DNA of 64,000 nucleotides from the NCBI RefSeq assembly GCF_016432865.1, contig NC_067404.1:7936001-8000000 (forward strand), read 5' to 3'. The notes beneath the pieces are model-generated. The model made no database searches and was not told the origin of the DNA. It worked only from the letters and a program-made list of their open reading frames with translations. This DNA comes from Antechinus flavipes (taxonomy: Eukaryota). Made by a program: the position numbers and the translations under genes. This document shows, in pieces, positions 39,500-52,100 of this stretch. Positions within the stretch are counted from its first letter, which is position 1; each line of letters starts with the position of its first letter.

Positions 39500-42019
39500 G
39501 TAAGGGGCTGGGTCCACGGATTCGGACTTCTTGGGGCTCTTTTGGCAGGACGGTCACTCTTGGGGTAGATGGCCTGGCCCCAACAATGAATTCCTCACCT
39601 CCCACCTTGGGGGGCCCCACGGCTTAGGCTCAGGAGCCTGTGACCGGGAGACCTTTAACTGGCGGGCGTTGCTTGAGGGAATGGCAACGGAATCGGGCGT
39701 GCGGAGCTCTGGAATTCAGCCTTTGAAATCAGTTGAAAATTGAGGCTGGAAAGAGTCACAGTCGGTACTTTGAGAAGACCCCATAAAGACAAAAGGGAAA
39801 GTCCCCTTATGGCAGAGGGCAGAAGGACCCTGAGCACAGGGAAGGCCTGCCAGGCAGTCCCAAGAGGGAGGACCCAGAAAGCTGGGGGGGAGGGAGGGGC
39901 ATGAGCATGCTCTTAAGGTGGGCAACACCAAGTGCATGGAGGCTGGAAATGAAGAGGTGAGGGCCGGGGACACCCTAGAATGCAGCGTGTGTTAGGGGGA
40001 GGAAGAATAGGGGCTGAAAGGTTCTGGGAGGGTCCCCCCTTCTTGAAGGGCCTCAAACATAGAGAGGGCTTTCTCTTCTGCTACAGACAGTGGGGAGACA
40101 CTGCAGGCTTGCAAGCAGGGACGTGTGTGCCTCGAGAAGATGCTTTTGGGGACAGGGGAAGAGGAGAGTGATCCTGGGGTCAGGGAGGCCCCTCAAACAG
40201 CAGCTCTGTCTCTCCCCTTTTTCTTTGTGTCTCTGTCTCTCACCTTTCTGTGTCTTTGTGTCCCTGTAGTTCTCCAGTGTCTTTAGGTTCAAATACTCCT
40301 TCCTCTGTTTGGCCTTTAAGTCTTGCCAGCCTCCCTGCCTGTGCCCCGCTGGCCCGCTCACTGTTTCGCAGACACTGACAGCATTGCCCCTCGACTCCCG
40401 GCTTTGGCAGAGGGTCTCGTGGGCCAGAATCTCATGGCCTTAGATGTGTGTGAACTTCGGTGTGGATGGGGACGTGTGTATGGATGGGGAAATTTGGGGG
40501 TTGGAGGGTTAGGGATGTGTGTGGGGGGTGCTTGTGAAGCGTATGTGAATGGGAGTTGGGGAGGGATGTGGGGTGTACGTGTACGTATGATAGGTGCGTT
40601 AATAGTGTGTGTAGACGGGTGGCCACTCACTGCTGGCCCAACTTGACAAGGGCCACCAGGCCCCAGAGTAGCAAGGAAGGCAGAAAGTTGCTCTCTTCTA
40701 GGGGAGCTTCTTCTGCCCTCTAAAACATTCCTGGAGACAGATGCCTTTTGAAAGGATTGCTTTTAAATCTAAATGAATTGAGTTTTAAAAATCCTGGGCC
40801 TGTCACCGGAGATAAAACGGGCAAAGTGAAATGTCAATGTTTCTGCATAAACTGGGTAGAAAGCCTGATTCCGATCCCTTTAGCTTCGTGACCCTGAGCA
40901 GGTTGGTTAACCTCGGCCTCAGCTTGCTCATGGGAAAGTGGGGATAAATAAGCTGGGTTCTTGGGAGGCCCGCGTGAGATAAAAGGCTTAAGGTGCTTTT
41001 ATCGGTTTCCTTTGGAATCAAGTTGAGTCTGTTTTGCTGACAAGGAAGTCTTTGCAAATCGTTGACAGATTAGATGGTGTTCTCCTGGTCTTCCTCACTG
41101 TGCCTCAGTTCCCTATTCATCAGACTATATTCCATCGTTCATTTAGCCATTCATCAGTGAAGAGAGCTGCCATAAAGAGATCTGTGCATGTGTGGCTTTT
41201 CCCGCCTTCCCTGCTGTCTTTGAGCTTTACGCCTCGTAGTAGTATCGCCACGTCAAAGGTTATGGTTTAGTGACTGGGCCGTAGTTCCAAGTTGCTCTTC
41301 AGAAGGCTGGACCAGTACAGGCGTAATCTCTCTAAGTGGAGGGACCTCCCACTCTGGTCCCACCCCAGCCCCCTATATACACCCGTGGACCTTCCTCCCA
41401 GCCCGAGATTCCCCCCACTCATACCCGCCCCCATACACACACCCCACACGGCTGTGATCGAGCAACCATTGATGTGTCTACATTAAGGTAAAGTCCTTGG
41501 GATCGGGATGGATGTGGTTTTGGTCCAAAATATTCCTAGTTCTGTAGAATAAAGCAGACACTGGGAGTGGGTTAGGTAGGAAAAGGCCAATGTGTACTAG
41601 AGCTCCCCTTCTGTGCCCGTTATCTCCCTCAGGGATGGGAACTGGGTCTGTGTTGTCCGTGAGCCTTTAGAGTTCACACAGCCATAGAGTTCACACTTTC
41701 CATATGGAACCCGAGCGTTTTCTCCGCTCCGGTTCCCCCAATTCCAGGCCCAGCACTTTGGAACAGAGGAGGGTGGGGTGCTGCTTGCCGGAGAGCCTAA
41801 AGGTTGAGCTTCCTGATCCGTGGATGCTAAATGTGGGGGGAGGGGGGGCCTAAGAGGATCCCCTTCCCTACCCCTCGTCCTGCCCTATGCCCTTGCTCAT
41901 TGATAGCGCTTTGATTGTCAGCTGGCTTGGCCCCATCTCATGCCCCCCAAATGAAACGAAATTTGGCTCAGGGCTGCTTCTTGTCAGTAGTGAAATATCT
42001 TCTCTCTTTCCTCTCAAAG

Positions 42020-42171
42020 TGTTTACCAAGAACCTGTGCAATCAGATGTCGGCCATCAGCGGCCCCCTCATGCAGTGGCTGGAGGACAGACGGGATTATA
42101 ATCGCAAACTGCTGCTACAGTTGGAGCTCGAGAAGGTGGCCTTGCAGGAGGAGCTCGATAGCCTGGATTAA
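42020..42171 (+). CDS. BRCC3: BRCC3 last coding exon
   Basis: (V)FTKNLCNQMSAISGPLMQWLEDRRDYNRKLLLQLELEKVALQEELDSLD*. Exon sum is 786 nt = 261 aa. Confidence 0.96.
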
Positions 42172-42189
42172 AGCCAATGGTGTATTCTC

Positions 42190-42195
42190 AATAAA
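42190..42195 (+). promoter_or_regulatory. BRCC3: Candidate proximal BRCC3 poly(A) signal
   Basis: AATAAA 18 nt after the stop codon. Confidence 0.45.
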
Positions 42196-45100
42196 CAGTG
42201 TATCTGCTTCATGACAATGGTGTAATGAGAGATTGCCTTTGAGCCCTGGCCGTAGGCCGGCCCTGTTGGGCTAGAGCCCTAGCTTCTCTAGTTTAGGCAA
42301 TGAGGGGAAATCAGCTTGGAGATGGGAGGGAAGGTGCACACAGGCAAGCCCTGTACCCAGAGGGTGAGAGTCCTGAGCGTCAGCACGGCCCCGTGCCCCC
42401 CCCCCCCCATGCCCTGCCTCGACCAGAATAGGCGGAAACGGCCATGGCTGCAGGCCAGACATTGGGAACGTTGGTTTTAGTGTCAGCTGGGTGTCATTTA
42501 GCTTAATTGAGAAGTAATGTTGCAACATTCCTGGTTCCTGACATCCCCACTGTCCTGACCCAGAAGTCACCTGCTATCTGGCAGTCTTTTAACAGATGAG
42601 TTCTAACCAAGTTTGGCTACATTAAGCAAATCCTGTGTTCGGTCGGGGCAGCCAGGGGTGAAGTGGAGACGGTGCAGGGTGCTGGGTCTGCAGCCCTAAA
42701 CACTCACATTCCTGCCTCAGATCCTTACAAGCTATGTGACCCTGGGCAAGTCACATTGGCCTTGTTTGCCTCAGTTTCCTCATCCCTCAGACGAGGGTGC
42801 CCTACCTCCCAGAGTTGTTACATCGGCTAAGCACGGTGCCTGGCACTGAGGCATGCTGCAGAACTGTTGGCTATCCCCGATTGCATCGAGTTCCGACTTC
42901 AAATCCAGAGCTTTTCCTACAACACCAGCCTCTGGTGCCAGTCCCTTCCGACCGCACTGGTCCCATAAAGACTCGTCCCGTCCGCACGCAGATCTGGGAG
43001 GTCCTGGCCGAGTGATTAATGGGGATTCAAGACTAGGAAAGGAGAGCTGAGTTATCACCCACGTCTCCAGAGGTCTCTGAAACACAGCCTAGAATGAGTC
43101 GTGCTTGGGAAATCCTAGGAAAGCAATCCCAGTCCAGGTCCTCATAGGGAGCCGGAAGCTTGCTGCCCCAGGGGGTGGGGCCAGGGCAGAAAGACCTCCA
43201 GGGATCGAAAGGGTTCCTAGACTGCACGAAGGGGCTGTCAGAGATCCAGGGTCAGTTGAGGAAATATATGTTTGTATCCGTGTGTCTGTGTGTGTGACTG
43301 AAGGATGACCTACTGTGTGTTGAGTAAGGGGCTCCCATCTTCAGCCTGCAACAGAATACTGAAGGCCAGAAGCCCCAACCAGAGCGAGCCTGCAGTTCTG
43401 TGCCTCCGAAGCAGCCCAGCTTTCTGGCTGCCGGTAACTGGCACCGGCAGTTCTATTAGGATTCCGAGCAGGAGAGGCCCCCAGCTGTGCTGTTCACATC
43501 CAGACTCGGGGCAGGAACATACAGAGCTCAGCCCCTGAATCCAACTGCTTTGGGAGCATGGAGGCCTTGTGAGTGCCCGGGCCAAGCTGTCCCTGGGGCC
43601 CCCGGGTAACCCAACAATCAGTAGCCCAGGAGAGCACGACAGGAGCCAAGGGCACCCAGCTCGGCCCTACCAGAAAGAGGGAGGTCAGAAAGTAGGCTGC
43701 GGGAGCTAGCAAAGACTCCACCACTCATCCAGCTGCCCGTGGTTTCAGGAGAAAAGGAAGAAAAGCTAGAGATGGGGTGCTGGGGGAGGTAAAGAGAAGA
43801 GGAGGAGGAGGAGGAAAAAAGAGGACGACCTCTTATGCCAAGCCTGGGACTCCAGGGCCAAGCACAGTCCTCTTCATGAAGGGAATTAGGAGAAGGAATT
43901 CTGAGAATGGGATAGAGGGAAATACCCAGAAGCTCTCACTGAATGAATAGGAAAAAGACAGGATTAGAAAGCAGAACCCATTTTTTTTTGGGGGGGGGCA
44001 AGGCAATTGGGATTAAGTGACATGCCCCAGATCACACGTCCGAGGCCGGATTGGGACTCCAGGGCCGGCGCTCTATCTGCTTCAACCTCCAGCTGCCACC
44101 CCCCTCACCCAACATTTTGTTTCCAAGAAACACAAAGTGTAAAGAGTTGCACGGAATTCAAATGAGGGGCAGCTGTGCAACCCACTAGGCTTCAGCTGAA
44201 GCGAACCCTGAAGTAGGAGCTCTCATGAATTCACAGACCAACATTGTGACCTCCCTCTGCCCAATGTCAGACGCTTCAGAAGCGGCAAGAAGGGGGATGG
44301 GAGGCCTGGCACTGCAAAGCAGGGGGCCCCGGGAAGTTGGGCAACCTCGGAGAAAGCAGTCTCAGCTGAGTGCTAGAGAGAAAGAGCAAGTGATTGGGCC
44401 TTTAGAGATCACTGAGGCAGTAGTTTGGAAGTGAGAAGGGGTTGGGGGCAATAGCCTGAAGGGTAGAGGATCCGAGGCACCTCAGAAGCTTCCTCAGAGC
44501 ACCCAAATGTTTGACGCCAGAAGGGAGGTGGTCAGTGGAGAAAATTGGGTGGGGGGACGCAGAGAGCAGTGGCAGGGAGGGCTACCGCTCTTGATAACGA
44601 ACAGAAGGAAGAAGACAAGGGAAACGCTGCTGGAGAAAGAGGCGACACCTGGGAAATTTGCTGGCTGATGTACTAGGTGTGCACAGGTGGCTGCTCCCTC
44701 TACTGGGGATTCTAGGCAGGGGATGCTGGGAAATTCAGGAAGTGAGTGAAGGACGGCATCTCTGCGTGCTGGAGATGGGCCTGAGGATGTCCCAAGGCAG
44801 GTGGGCTAAGTGGGCACATCTGTCTGGTCTCTGCCCTCAAGTAAGGCCCGGCCTACTCCTAAGGACCTTCCTCTCTCACTTGAATGCCAGCAAGAGCCGA
44901 GGAAATCTGGCCCACTTCTCCCAAAGGGGGTGGGAGGGGGTGGGGCCGGCTTAGTAATCAAGACTTCCCCATCCTAGGAGCAGGCCAGGCTAGGCAGGAT
45001 CGGGCCTGGATGCTCCAGGGGATGTTCCAAAGGTAATTCTGAGGAAGGGGGTGGGGGGAGAGATGCGCGCCCCCTTCTGGATCCCGACCCATGGATCATT

Positions 45101-45549
45101 CTGAACCCTCCACAGCCGGGACTTCCACAGAAAGAGGCCCGATGCCTTCGATTTGTCTGTCTTTGTGGCTACTTGTTGGCCCTGGGCTGCAAATGCTGGC
45201 CTCCACACCCCGCCCCTCCCAGGGCATCCGGGCCGGCACCTTGTCACAGTTGGCCTTCACCCACCTTCTGCGCTACCCCTCCCAGATAGTGTCGGCAAAG
45301 CCACCCGGGAATCCACGGTGGGCTCGGAGTCGGGAAAAGCAAGGGTCAAAGCCAGCCTCAGACACTTCCTAGCGGTGGCATCCTGGGCCACTTTCCCTGC
45401 CTCAGTTTTCTCACCAGTGAAATGGGGTTAGTGACACCATCTCCCTCCCAGGGTAGGTATAAGATTGTTTGGCACCCTTTGTTTCTTGACTTTAGCTCAG
45501 GCTTCTCTTTCCTAGGAGCTATCCCTCGTAACGATGAAAAAAAAGGGAA

Positions 45550-46900
45550 AGCCAGGAAAGCACTTCAGCAAAAGTAACCCACGCGTGTCTGGCAGGAGCG
45601 GCGATATTCCGCCCCCACCGCCCCCACCCCCCAATCCCAGCGGCGGAAAAGGTTGGGAGCGCGCCAGCCGCTTGTTCATTTCAGGGTCTGCCATTCCACC
45701 TCGGAAAGTGACCGACACTGCGGGCCTGGCAGGGGCAGGCGGAGGGGGTCGGCCCGGAGAAAGTGCTCCTAAAAACGGCTTTCGCTTCTTTGCCGGGCCC
45801 GCCCCATGCGCCCCCGCCCCCCAGGAGCGCTAACCCTTTAAGGGCGGCAGCGCGTTCTCCCGCACACCGCCCCCCGGCCCCCGCCCCCACCTCGCTCGGA
45901 ACGTTGAGGGCCGTCGAGGCGCGTTCGGGCTCCTGGGGCCGCTTGAGGCCCTCGACCAACCAGCGGCCGCGCCTCGACGGCCCCCAACGGCGGCCCCCGG
46001 CGTTCCAGGACGCGCAGCCAGCTGCTCGGCGGAGGCGGTGGTCGCCATCTTAGGGAGGTGGGCGCGCTCTAACCAGCCGGGCGATCGATCGGCCCCCAGG
46101 AGGCTCCCCGGCGCGAGACCGGCCGGCAGACCATCAGTCCATCAGTCCGTCCGCGCGAGCGTCCGGCAGGGGCCCGTGGCGAGAGGGGGGCGGGGCCTGG
46201 CGGGCAGTGGCAGCGACGGCAGCGGCATCTTCCCGGCCCCGCCCCCGGCCTCGGTTCCCGGCTCCGCCCCTGGTCCCGCCCCTAGCCCCGGCCCCGGCCC
46301 GCCGCCCAGCGGGGGACACCCCGGGCGGGCGCCGGGCAGCAAGGCACCATGTCGGCCAGTCTTTCACCGACCGGATCACGGCCGCGCAGCACAGCGTCAC
46401 GGGGTCGGCCGTGGCCAAAGCCGTCTGCAAGGCGAGCACCCACGAAATGATGGGGCCCAAGCAGAAACACCTGGACTGTGAGTAGGGTCCCCTCCCCCTC
46501 TCCCGCAGCCCCTACTCCCCGCACCCCCATCCCCCACCCCCCACCGCGACCCCCCGCAGGCGCTGTTTCACGGGGCCGGGAGCGGCTCTTGCCCCCTCTG
46601 GCTCGGCCTCGCCCGTGCCAGCAGCATCGTGGGAGCAGCCGGGCTGCGGGCTGGGGGCGCGGGCCGGGCTCGGGCCGCCGCGCTCAGCCGGGCGCGAGGT
46701 GCCCCGTTCGCGGGCAGAACTGGCCAAGCCGAACCAGCCCAGTGCGCCACTTGTTTGAATGTTCGGTGGGATGGGCTGGCCCCAGCACGCCCGGGGGGCT
46801 GGCGCCCGGGGGCCAGAGGATCGCAGGTCCGAGCTGGGCACGAGCTAGCCCCCCCCCCCATCCCCACTTATGTGACAGGGGAGGAAACTGAGGTCCAGGG
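45550..46900. promoter_or_regulatory. CpG island / promoter of the ANTH-domain gene
   Basis: Dense CpG with multiple GC boxes and a YY1-type GCCATCTT at ~46045; covers exon 1. Confidence 0.88.
46349..46477 (+). CDS. PICALM/SNAP91-family ANTH protein, exon 1 (1-nt deletion at codon 3 in this sequence)
   Basis: Kozak ggcaccATG, then MS[G]QSFTDRITAAQHSVTGSAVAKAVCKASTHEMMGPKQKHLD plus a gtgagt donor. 129 nt, versus the 130 needed for phase 1. Confidence 0.9.
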
Positions 46901-48422
46901 GTGGGCACGTGGAGAGCCCTCGAGATGCCACCCTAGCTTCTGCTGGCTGCAGATGGATGGAAGATTCCCCAGTGAGCCTCGATAGCTCAGCACCCCCCTC
47001 CCTGACCTTGGCCGAGCCCCTCTCCTACGCTGGGCTTCCAGTGTTCTCCTCTTTGGCTTGAATGATGCCCCAGGGCCCTTCCCAGCTCCACCTTCCATGC
47101 CCTGAAGTCTCGGCGAGGTTTTACTTGGGAATGGCTGGCAGAGACCCCCCCAGACTTTTTTCATCAGTGTTTTCCCTTGTGCTCTCAGACTAATCTTAAC
47201 TAGCAGGCTGCGGCTATTAAGGAAAGAAGCCACCTTAGAGGTCATGGGGGTCCAGACCCCCATTTTACCAGTGACCTCTAGTTAGCGTGAGGCCAGCTTG
47301 ACCCCAAGTCTTGGGGAGGGGGAGTTTCCTCCCCTGAGTCCTGCTGCCTCTTAAGGAGATTTCTGAGTAGAGAATGAGTCCATGAAATCCATGAGTTTAG
47401 TTTTCCTGAAATTGACCTGGGAAACTCTCTCCGCTCCTGCCCCGCCCCCAGCCCCATTGTCCCACCGGCAAATATGGGCCAGATTTCCCTCTCTCGATCA
47501 TCTGGGCATCTGGGGGCGACAGAGGAGCAAGTAATGGGCACGAGTCAAGAGCTGTCAATGTTTCGGGGTTACTTGCTCCTTGCACACTTCCAAGAGCTCC
47601 CCAGACTTTCTCGATCCCAGCGGCCCCTCCTTCCACCGGTGTCCCTTAGCTTGGGACTAGTTACTGTGGCCTGGATTGGGGGTGGGGGTGGCGCCGGACC
47701 TGCAACAATGAACTTCCAGGCCCTGTACTTGAAGCCAAACTAAGTGTTCCCTGTACTCCTGAAAGAAGCCCTGACACCTCCACCCCCCCACCCCCCACCC
47801 CGGCCCCAGGCATCAGGACGTACTCTGTGCTAAAGTATAGCCATGACCTTTACATCCATGTCTCAGTGACTTAAAAGCCCCTGGGGTCAGGGCCCCCCGG
47901 GGTGGGGAGGCCAGATTGGATTTCTTGTAGAGGGTTTGATAAGCCTGCTTATCCCGGGACTCTCTGACTTGAGGGTTCTGAGGCTCTGAGAGCCAGCCCG
48001 GCTGGCAGTGAGGGCCCCGTTCCTGAGCGAGCGGTCCTTTCGGGTGCTCTGGGGCTCTCGGGGTGGTATGTGGCGCCTCCTTCTCCCAGCCGTTGCTTCC
48101 TGGGACCACTTTTGGCCCATTTCAGGGAGAGCAGGCCTGGGCTGTGGGAGGGCAGTGAGAGCCAAGTGGCCGGTTTTCCAGGGTTATGGCTGGGGATGTG
48201 ACGGGTAGGTGGAGAGTACAGGGCAGCCGAGTCAGGTGGTCCTATTTGGGACGGGGCAGGGACCCTCCGGGGGGGGGGGGGGGGAGGCAGCATGGAACCG
48301 GCACCGTCGGCTTTAAGAATCGGCTCTGTGGGCCACGCCACGGGCGGCGGGACTTGCTTAAGACGGTCCCATTGGGGCTTGGACCGAGGCCTGATCCGTC
48401 GTGTGGCTTCTTTTGAATTTAG

Positions 48423-48565
48423 ACCTGATTCATTGCACTAACGAGCTGAACATGAGTATACCGCAGCTGGCCGACACACTTCTGGAGCGCACGGTCAACA
48501 GCAGCTGGATCGTTGTTTTCAAGGCTCTGATCACAACCCACCATCTCATGATGTATGGCAATGAG
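48423..48565 (+). CDS. PICALM-like exon 2
   Basis: (Y)[47 protein letters not shown]; 143 nt. Confidence 0.96.
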
Positions 48566-49441
48566 GTAAGAGGCAGATTGTGCTGTCCCCCCTCCCCGGG
48601 GTTCTGTCTGCAAAGCATGCTGGGGGGGCACTGGCCCACGGTCTCCTTGCGTGACTCAGGAGGGGATCTCCGTGAGTGGTAGGAAGGTTGGTGGTCTGGG
48701 GGCCTTTGGGCAGCTTGGGTCCCCCCGGTCGCTGAGGTGGGGAGGCAGGGGAGGGTGCCAGACCGGAGCTTTCCTTGCGTTTGAGAACTCCAGCGAGGAG
48801 ACTTCTCCCAATCCAGATCAGGCTGAGCTCGGACTCTGGGGCTGAGAAGCTGGCCCGGGGGTTCCGAGGAAGGAAGGGGCTTCTCCCCAGGTGCCAGGGT
48901 GAAAAGCAGATCCTCCCGACTCCCAGGGGAGTCCTCTGTTCTGCAGGGAGAATTTGCTGGAATTGTTTGGAAATTCAGCTCTCCCAGCAGCCTCTGGGAA
49001 CGAGTCGCTCGCCCTACCTCCGGCTGTCCGTAGCACAGGCCAGAATCGCTCTCTCCTCCTTTTTCTTGTCCTTCTGCCTCCTGACTCAGATTTGGCTAGA
49101 GTTTTCACTGGTTAGAGTTGGAGCTCCTCCTCTTCCTCCTGTGGTTTTCCATTTGACATGACCAGACTTTTTCTTCTCCCCAAATTTACAGGAACAGAAT
49201 GAGTGAGTGGGCAGGCCAAGGGACAGCCTGGAGGGAGAGTTGAGGCAGCCCCAGGGGCCCACGGCGACTGCCCGGCATCCAAGGGGAAGTTGGGGAATAC
49301 CTCGGCATGTGGATTGCTGCTTTCCTGTACCAGATGGAAGGCAGAGTCGGGGGGGAACCTTGGCATCTCCAAAGACTCTAACCTAAATCTGTTCCATTTG
49401 AAAGAAACAAACCCTAACCTTCCTGACCTTTTGACCCACAG

Positions 49442-49517
49442 CGTTTCATGCAGTACCTTGCATCGCGAAATAGTCTGTTCAATTTAAGCAACTTCCTGGA
49501 TAAAAGCGTGATACAGG
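49442..49517 (+). CDS. PICALM-like exon 3
   Basis: RFMQYLASRNSLFNLSNFLDKSVIQ(G); 76 nt. Confidence 0.96.
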
Positions 49518-51074
49518 GTAAGACCAACACTCTCGTGGGGACGAGGGACAATTAGACAGTCGAGGCAGAGTCTGGCCCGGCAGAGTGAGAGAGCCGGGAG
49601 TGGTGGGCTGCTTGGATGCTTACATTCCCCAAGTGGGTAAAGAAGGTTCAGCCTAAAGATGACAATTTGGAGGCTGGGGTGGGGGTGGGGGGGGACAGAC
49701 AGGACGGTATCATGGTATCTGAAGGACTAGCACGTGGCCGAGGACACAGGGAGGACGAGTAAGTGGATGTGAGGGGAGGCTGTCTAGACGAGGGAGGGCT
49801 GGGCCACCGAGGGAGACGGGGACCCCTCCCCTCCCACAGAAGGGCATAGCCTACCACTGCGCAGCCATGTTGGAGAAGGGATGGTACGAGGTGGACGGAG
49901 TCCTTTGCAGTGCATTCTGGGATTCCCTGACGAGCTGGCTTTTTAAATAAGGCCTCTGATTAATAAGAGCTTTTCCCCTCTCGGAGATTAGACACCAGAA
50001 GTATTTGTCCCTGATTTTCGGTTAAAACCGCTAACGGCCAAAAATGATGCCGAGACCTCGGCCCCTCCCAGCCCCAGGGAAGCCCCAAACAGAAGGTACT
50101 GGCAGGAGATTGTTTGCAAGGCCCCAGATGGCGGGCATTCCTGCCTTTAACAGCCCTGTGCCGTCACCCGTCCCACGGGGCTGGCGACCCCCGAGTCTGG
50201 TGTCTGAAGCTCGTTTTTCTTTCTTTTAAAAAAATAGCTAAATATTTAAAATAATTATTGAATTATCATGTGCATATAAAACATTATATATAACATATAC
50301 TTTAGTAGTCTGTAAATCATTTTAAAGGTTAAATTATTGTATGTTATGTATGGAATATATATAATTAATTTTTTAAATAGCTAAATAATAGCTTTTTCTT
50401 TTCTTTTTTTATTTATTATAGCTTTTTATTTACAAGACATATGCATGGGTCATTTTTCACCATCAATCCTTGCAAAACCTTCTGTTCCAACTTTTCCCCT
50501 CCTCCCCCCTCCCCCCTCCCTCAGATGGCAAATCCAGCTAAGCAATGAGATCCAGTAGTGTGCTGAGTACGGAGCCCCCCAGGAAGGCTAAGGTCTAGTT
50601 GCGGCTCAGCCACAGAGCTCCAACAGTTCCCTTCTCTCTAAAACAAGCAGGCAAATCAGGAGTCTCCCCCCCTCCCCCGCCCCGGCCTAATGGCCTGCTA
50701 GTTCTCAAAGACTTAGCTCAGCTATCGGCCTGCATGCCCTACCTGTTCCAAGTTGACCAAGCTTTCTATAGGCCCACGTAGCCTTTGAGCCACCTCATGA
50801 CTTGGTGGCTCTCACTGCCTCCCAGCTCCCTTAACCTCCGAAGGCTCTCAATGCTCTGTAGAGCTTCAGACGTGGCTCTTTCTTAGTGAAAGAGTGAGCA
50901 AGATGCTGAAAGAGATGGCGTTGAAGGTACCTGGCCCTTCTTGGTCAGCGGGGCTTTCCCTGGGGAGCGGGGGGCCACGGACTGTGTGACGAGCCAGTCT
51001 TGGGCAGACCTTGTCTCTAGTACGTAGAAATAAAGGGGATCAATTGGAAATAACCCAGATGTCTTCATTTTTAG

Positions 51075-51177
51075 GCTATGACATGTCTACCTTCATCAGG
51101 CGGTATAGCAGATACTTGAATGAAAAAGCCCTTTCCTACAGACTGGTAGCAGTTGACTTCACCAAAATGAAGAGAGG
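51075..51177 (+). CDS. PICALM-like exon 4
   Basis: (G)[33 protein letters not shown](G); 103 nt. Confidence 0.96.
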
Positions 51178-51372
51178 GTTAGTAAACGTTTTCCGCTTGT
51201 CAAAAAGAAGAGGCGATTCTGTGGAAGGTTCTGGCTCAATTGTAGTTTTTCCAAACGTAGCGGTTGCCGCCTGGCTGCAAGCATTTCCCTCTGTCATTCT
51301 GGTTTCTGGGAGTCTTCCTGTTGTCTGTTCCCCAGGAGAGACTCCATCTGGAGAAAGCCTTGTGTGCGCTTC

Positions 51373-52100
51373 GGTGGCTCTGCTAAAAGTCCAGGCCCCT
51401 AGGCACGGCACGCAGGGATCCCTGGCTGTAGGATGGCCACTGTCACCCCAGGGGGTCGTATGTGTTCCCTTTAGGCTCAGCCTCACCCCGGGGGGCAGAA
51501 CCACTAGGGTCTTCTGCCTGGCATGTGGGGGCCCCTGGCTGTGGGATGGCCCCTTTATACAGTAGGGGATTGTATGTGTTCTCTTGGGGCTCACCTTCAC
51601 CCAGGGGGCCAGAGCTACAGGGCCCTCTGCCTGGCCATAGGGAGCCCTGGCTGTGGGTTGGCCACTCTCACCCCAGGGGGTCATGTGTGTTCCCTTGGGA
51701 CCGACCCTTACCCCAGAGGGCCAGAGCCACCAGGACCCTCTGCCTGGCTTGCAGGGACCTGTGGCTTTAAGATGGCTATCCTTACCCTGGAGAGTCATCT
51801 ACGTGTTCCTTTGTAGCTCTGCTAAAAGTCCGGGCCCCTTAGCGTGGCGTGCAAGGATCTCCGGCTTCAAACCGGTCGTCCTCACCCCAGAGGGGCCGTG
51901 TTTGTGGCCAAGTGGTTCTGCTAAAGATCGCAGTCCCTCAGTGTGGCATGCAGGGACTCCTGCTTTCAGGTTGGCTGCTCTTACGCCGGGAAGAGGCATT
52001 TGTGTTCCCTGGTGGTTCTGCCAAAGGTCCGGACCCCCAGTCATAGCACGAAGGGACCCCGGCTTCAGGCCGACTGCCCCAGCCCCAGAGGACGGAGCCT
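51373..52100. repeat. Diverged GC-rich minisatellite (~100-115 bp units)
   Basis: gtggctctgctaaaagtcc-like heads at 51373, 51813, 51912 and 52012; ctggctgtgggatggcc-like heads at ~51421, 51535, 51647 and 51759. Confidence 0.8.

Noticed and set aside
45534-47263. Overlapping GC-rich ORFs on both strands
   Set aside because: CpG-island artefacts, apart from the ANTH exon 1 frame.
51011-51565. 184-aa ORF extending ANTH exon 4
   Set aside because: Homology stops at KRG|gttagt; the rest is intron and minisatellite.
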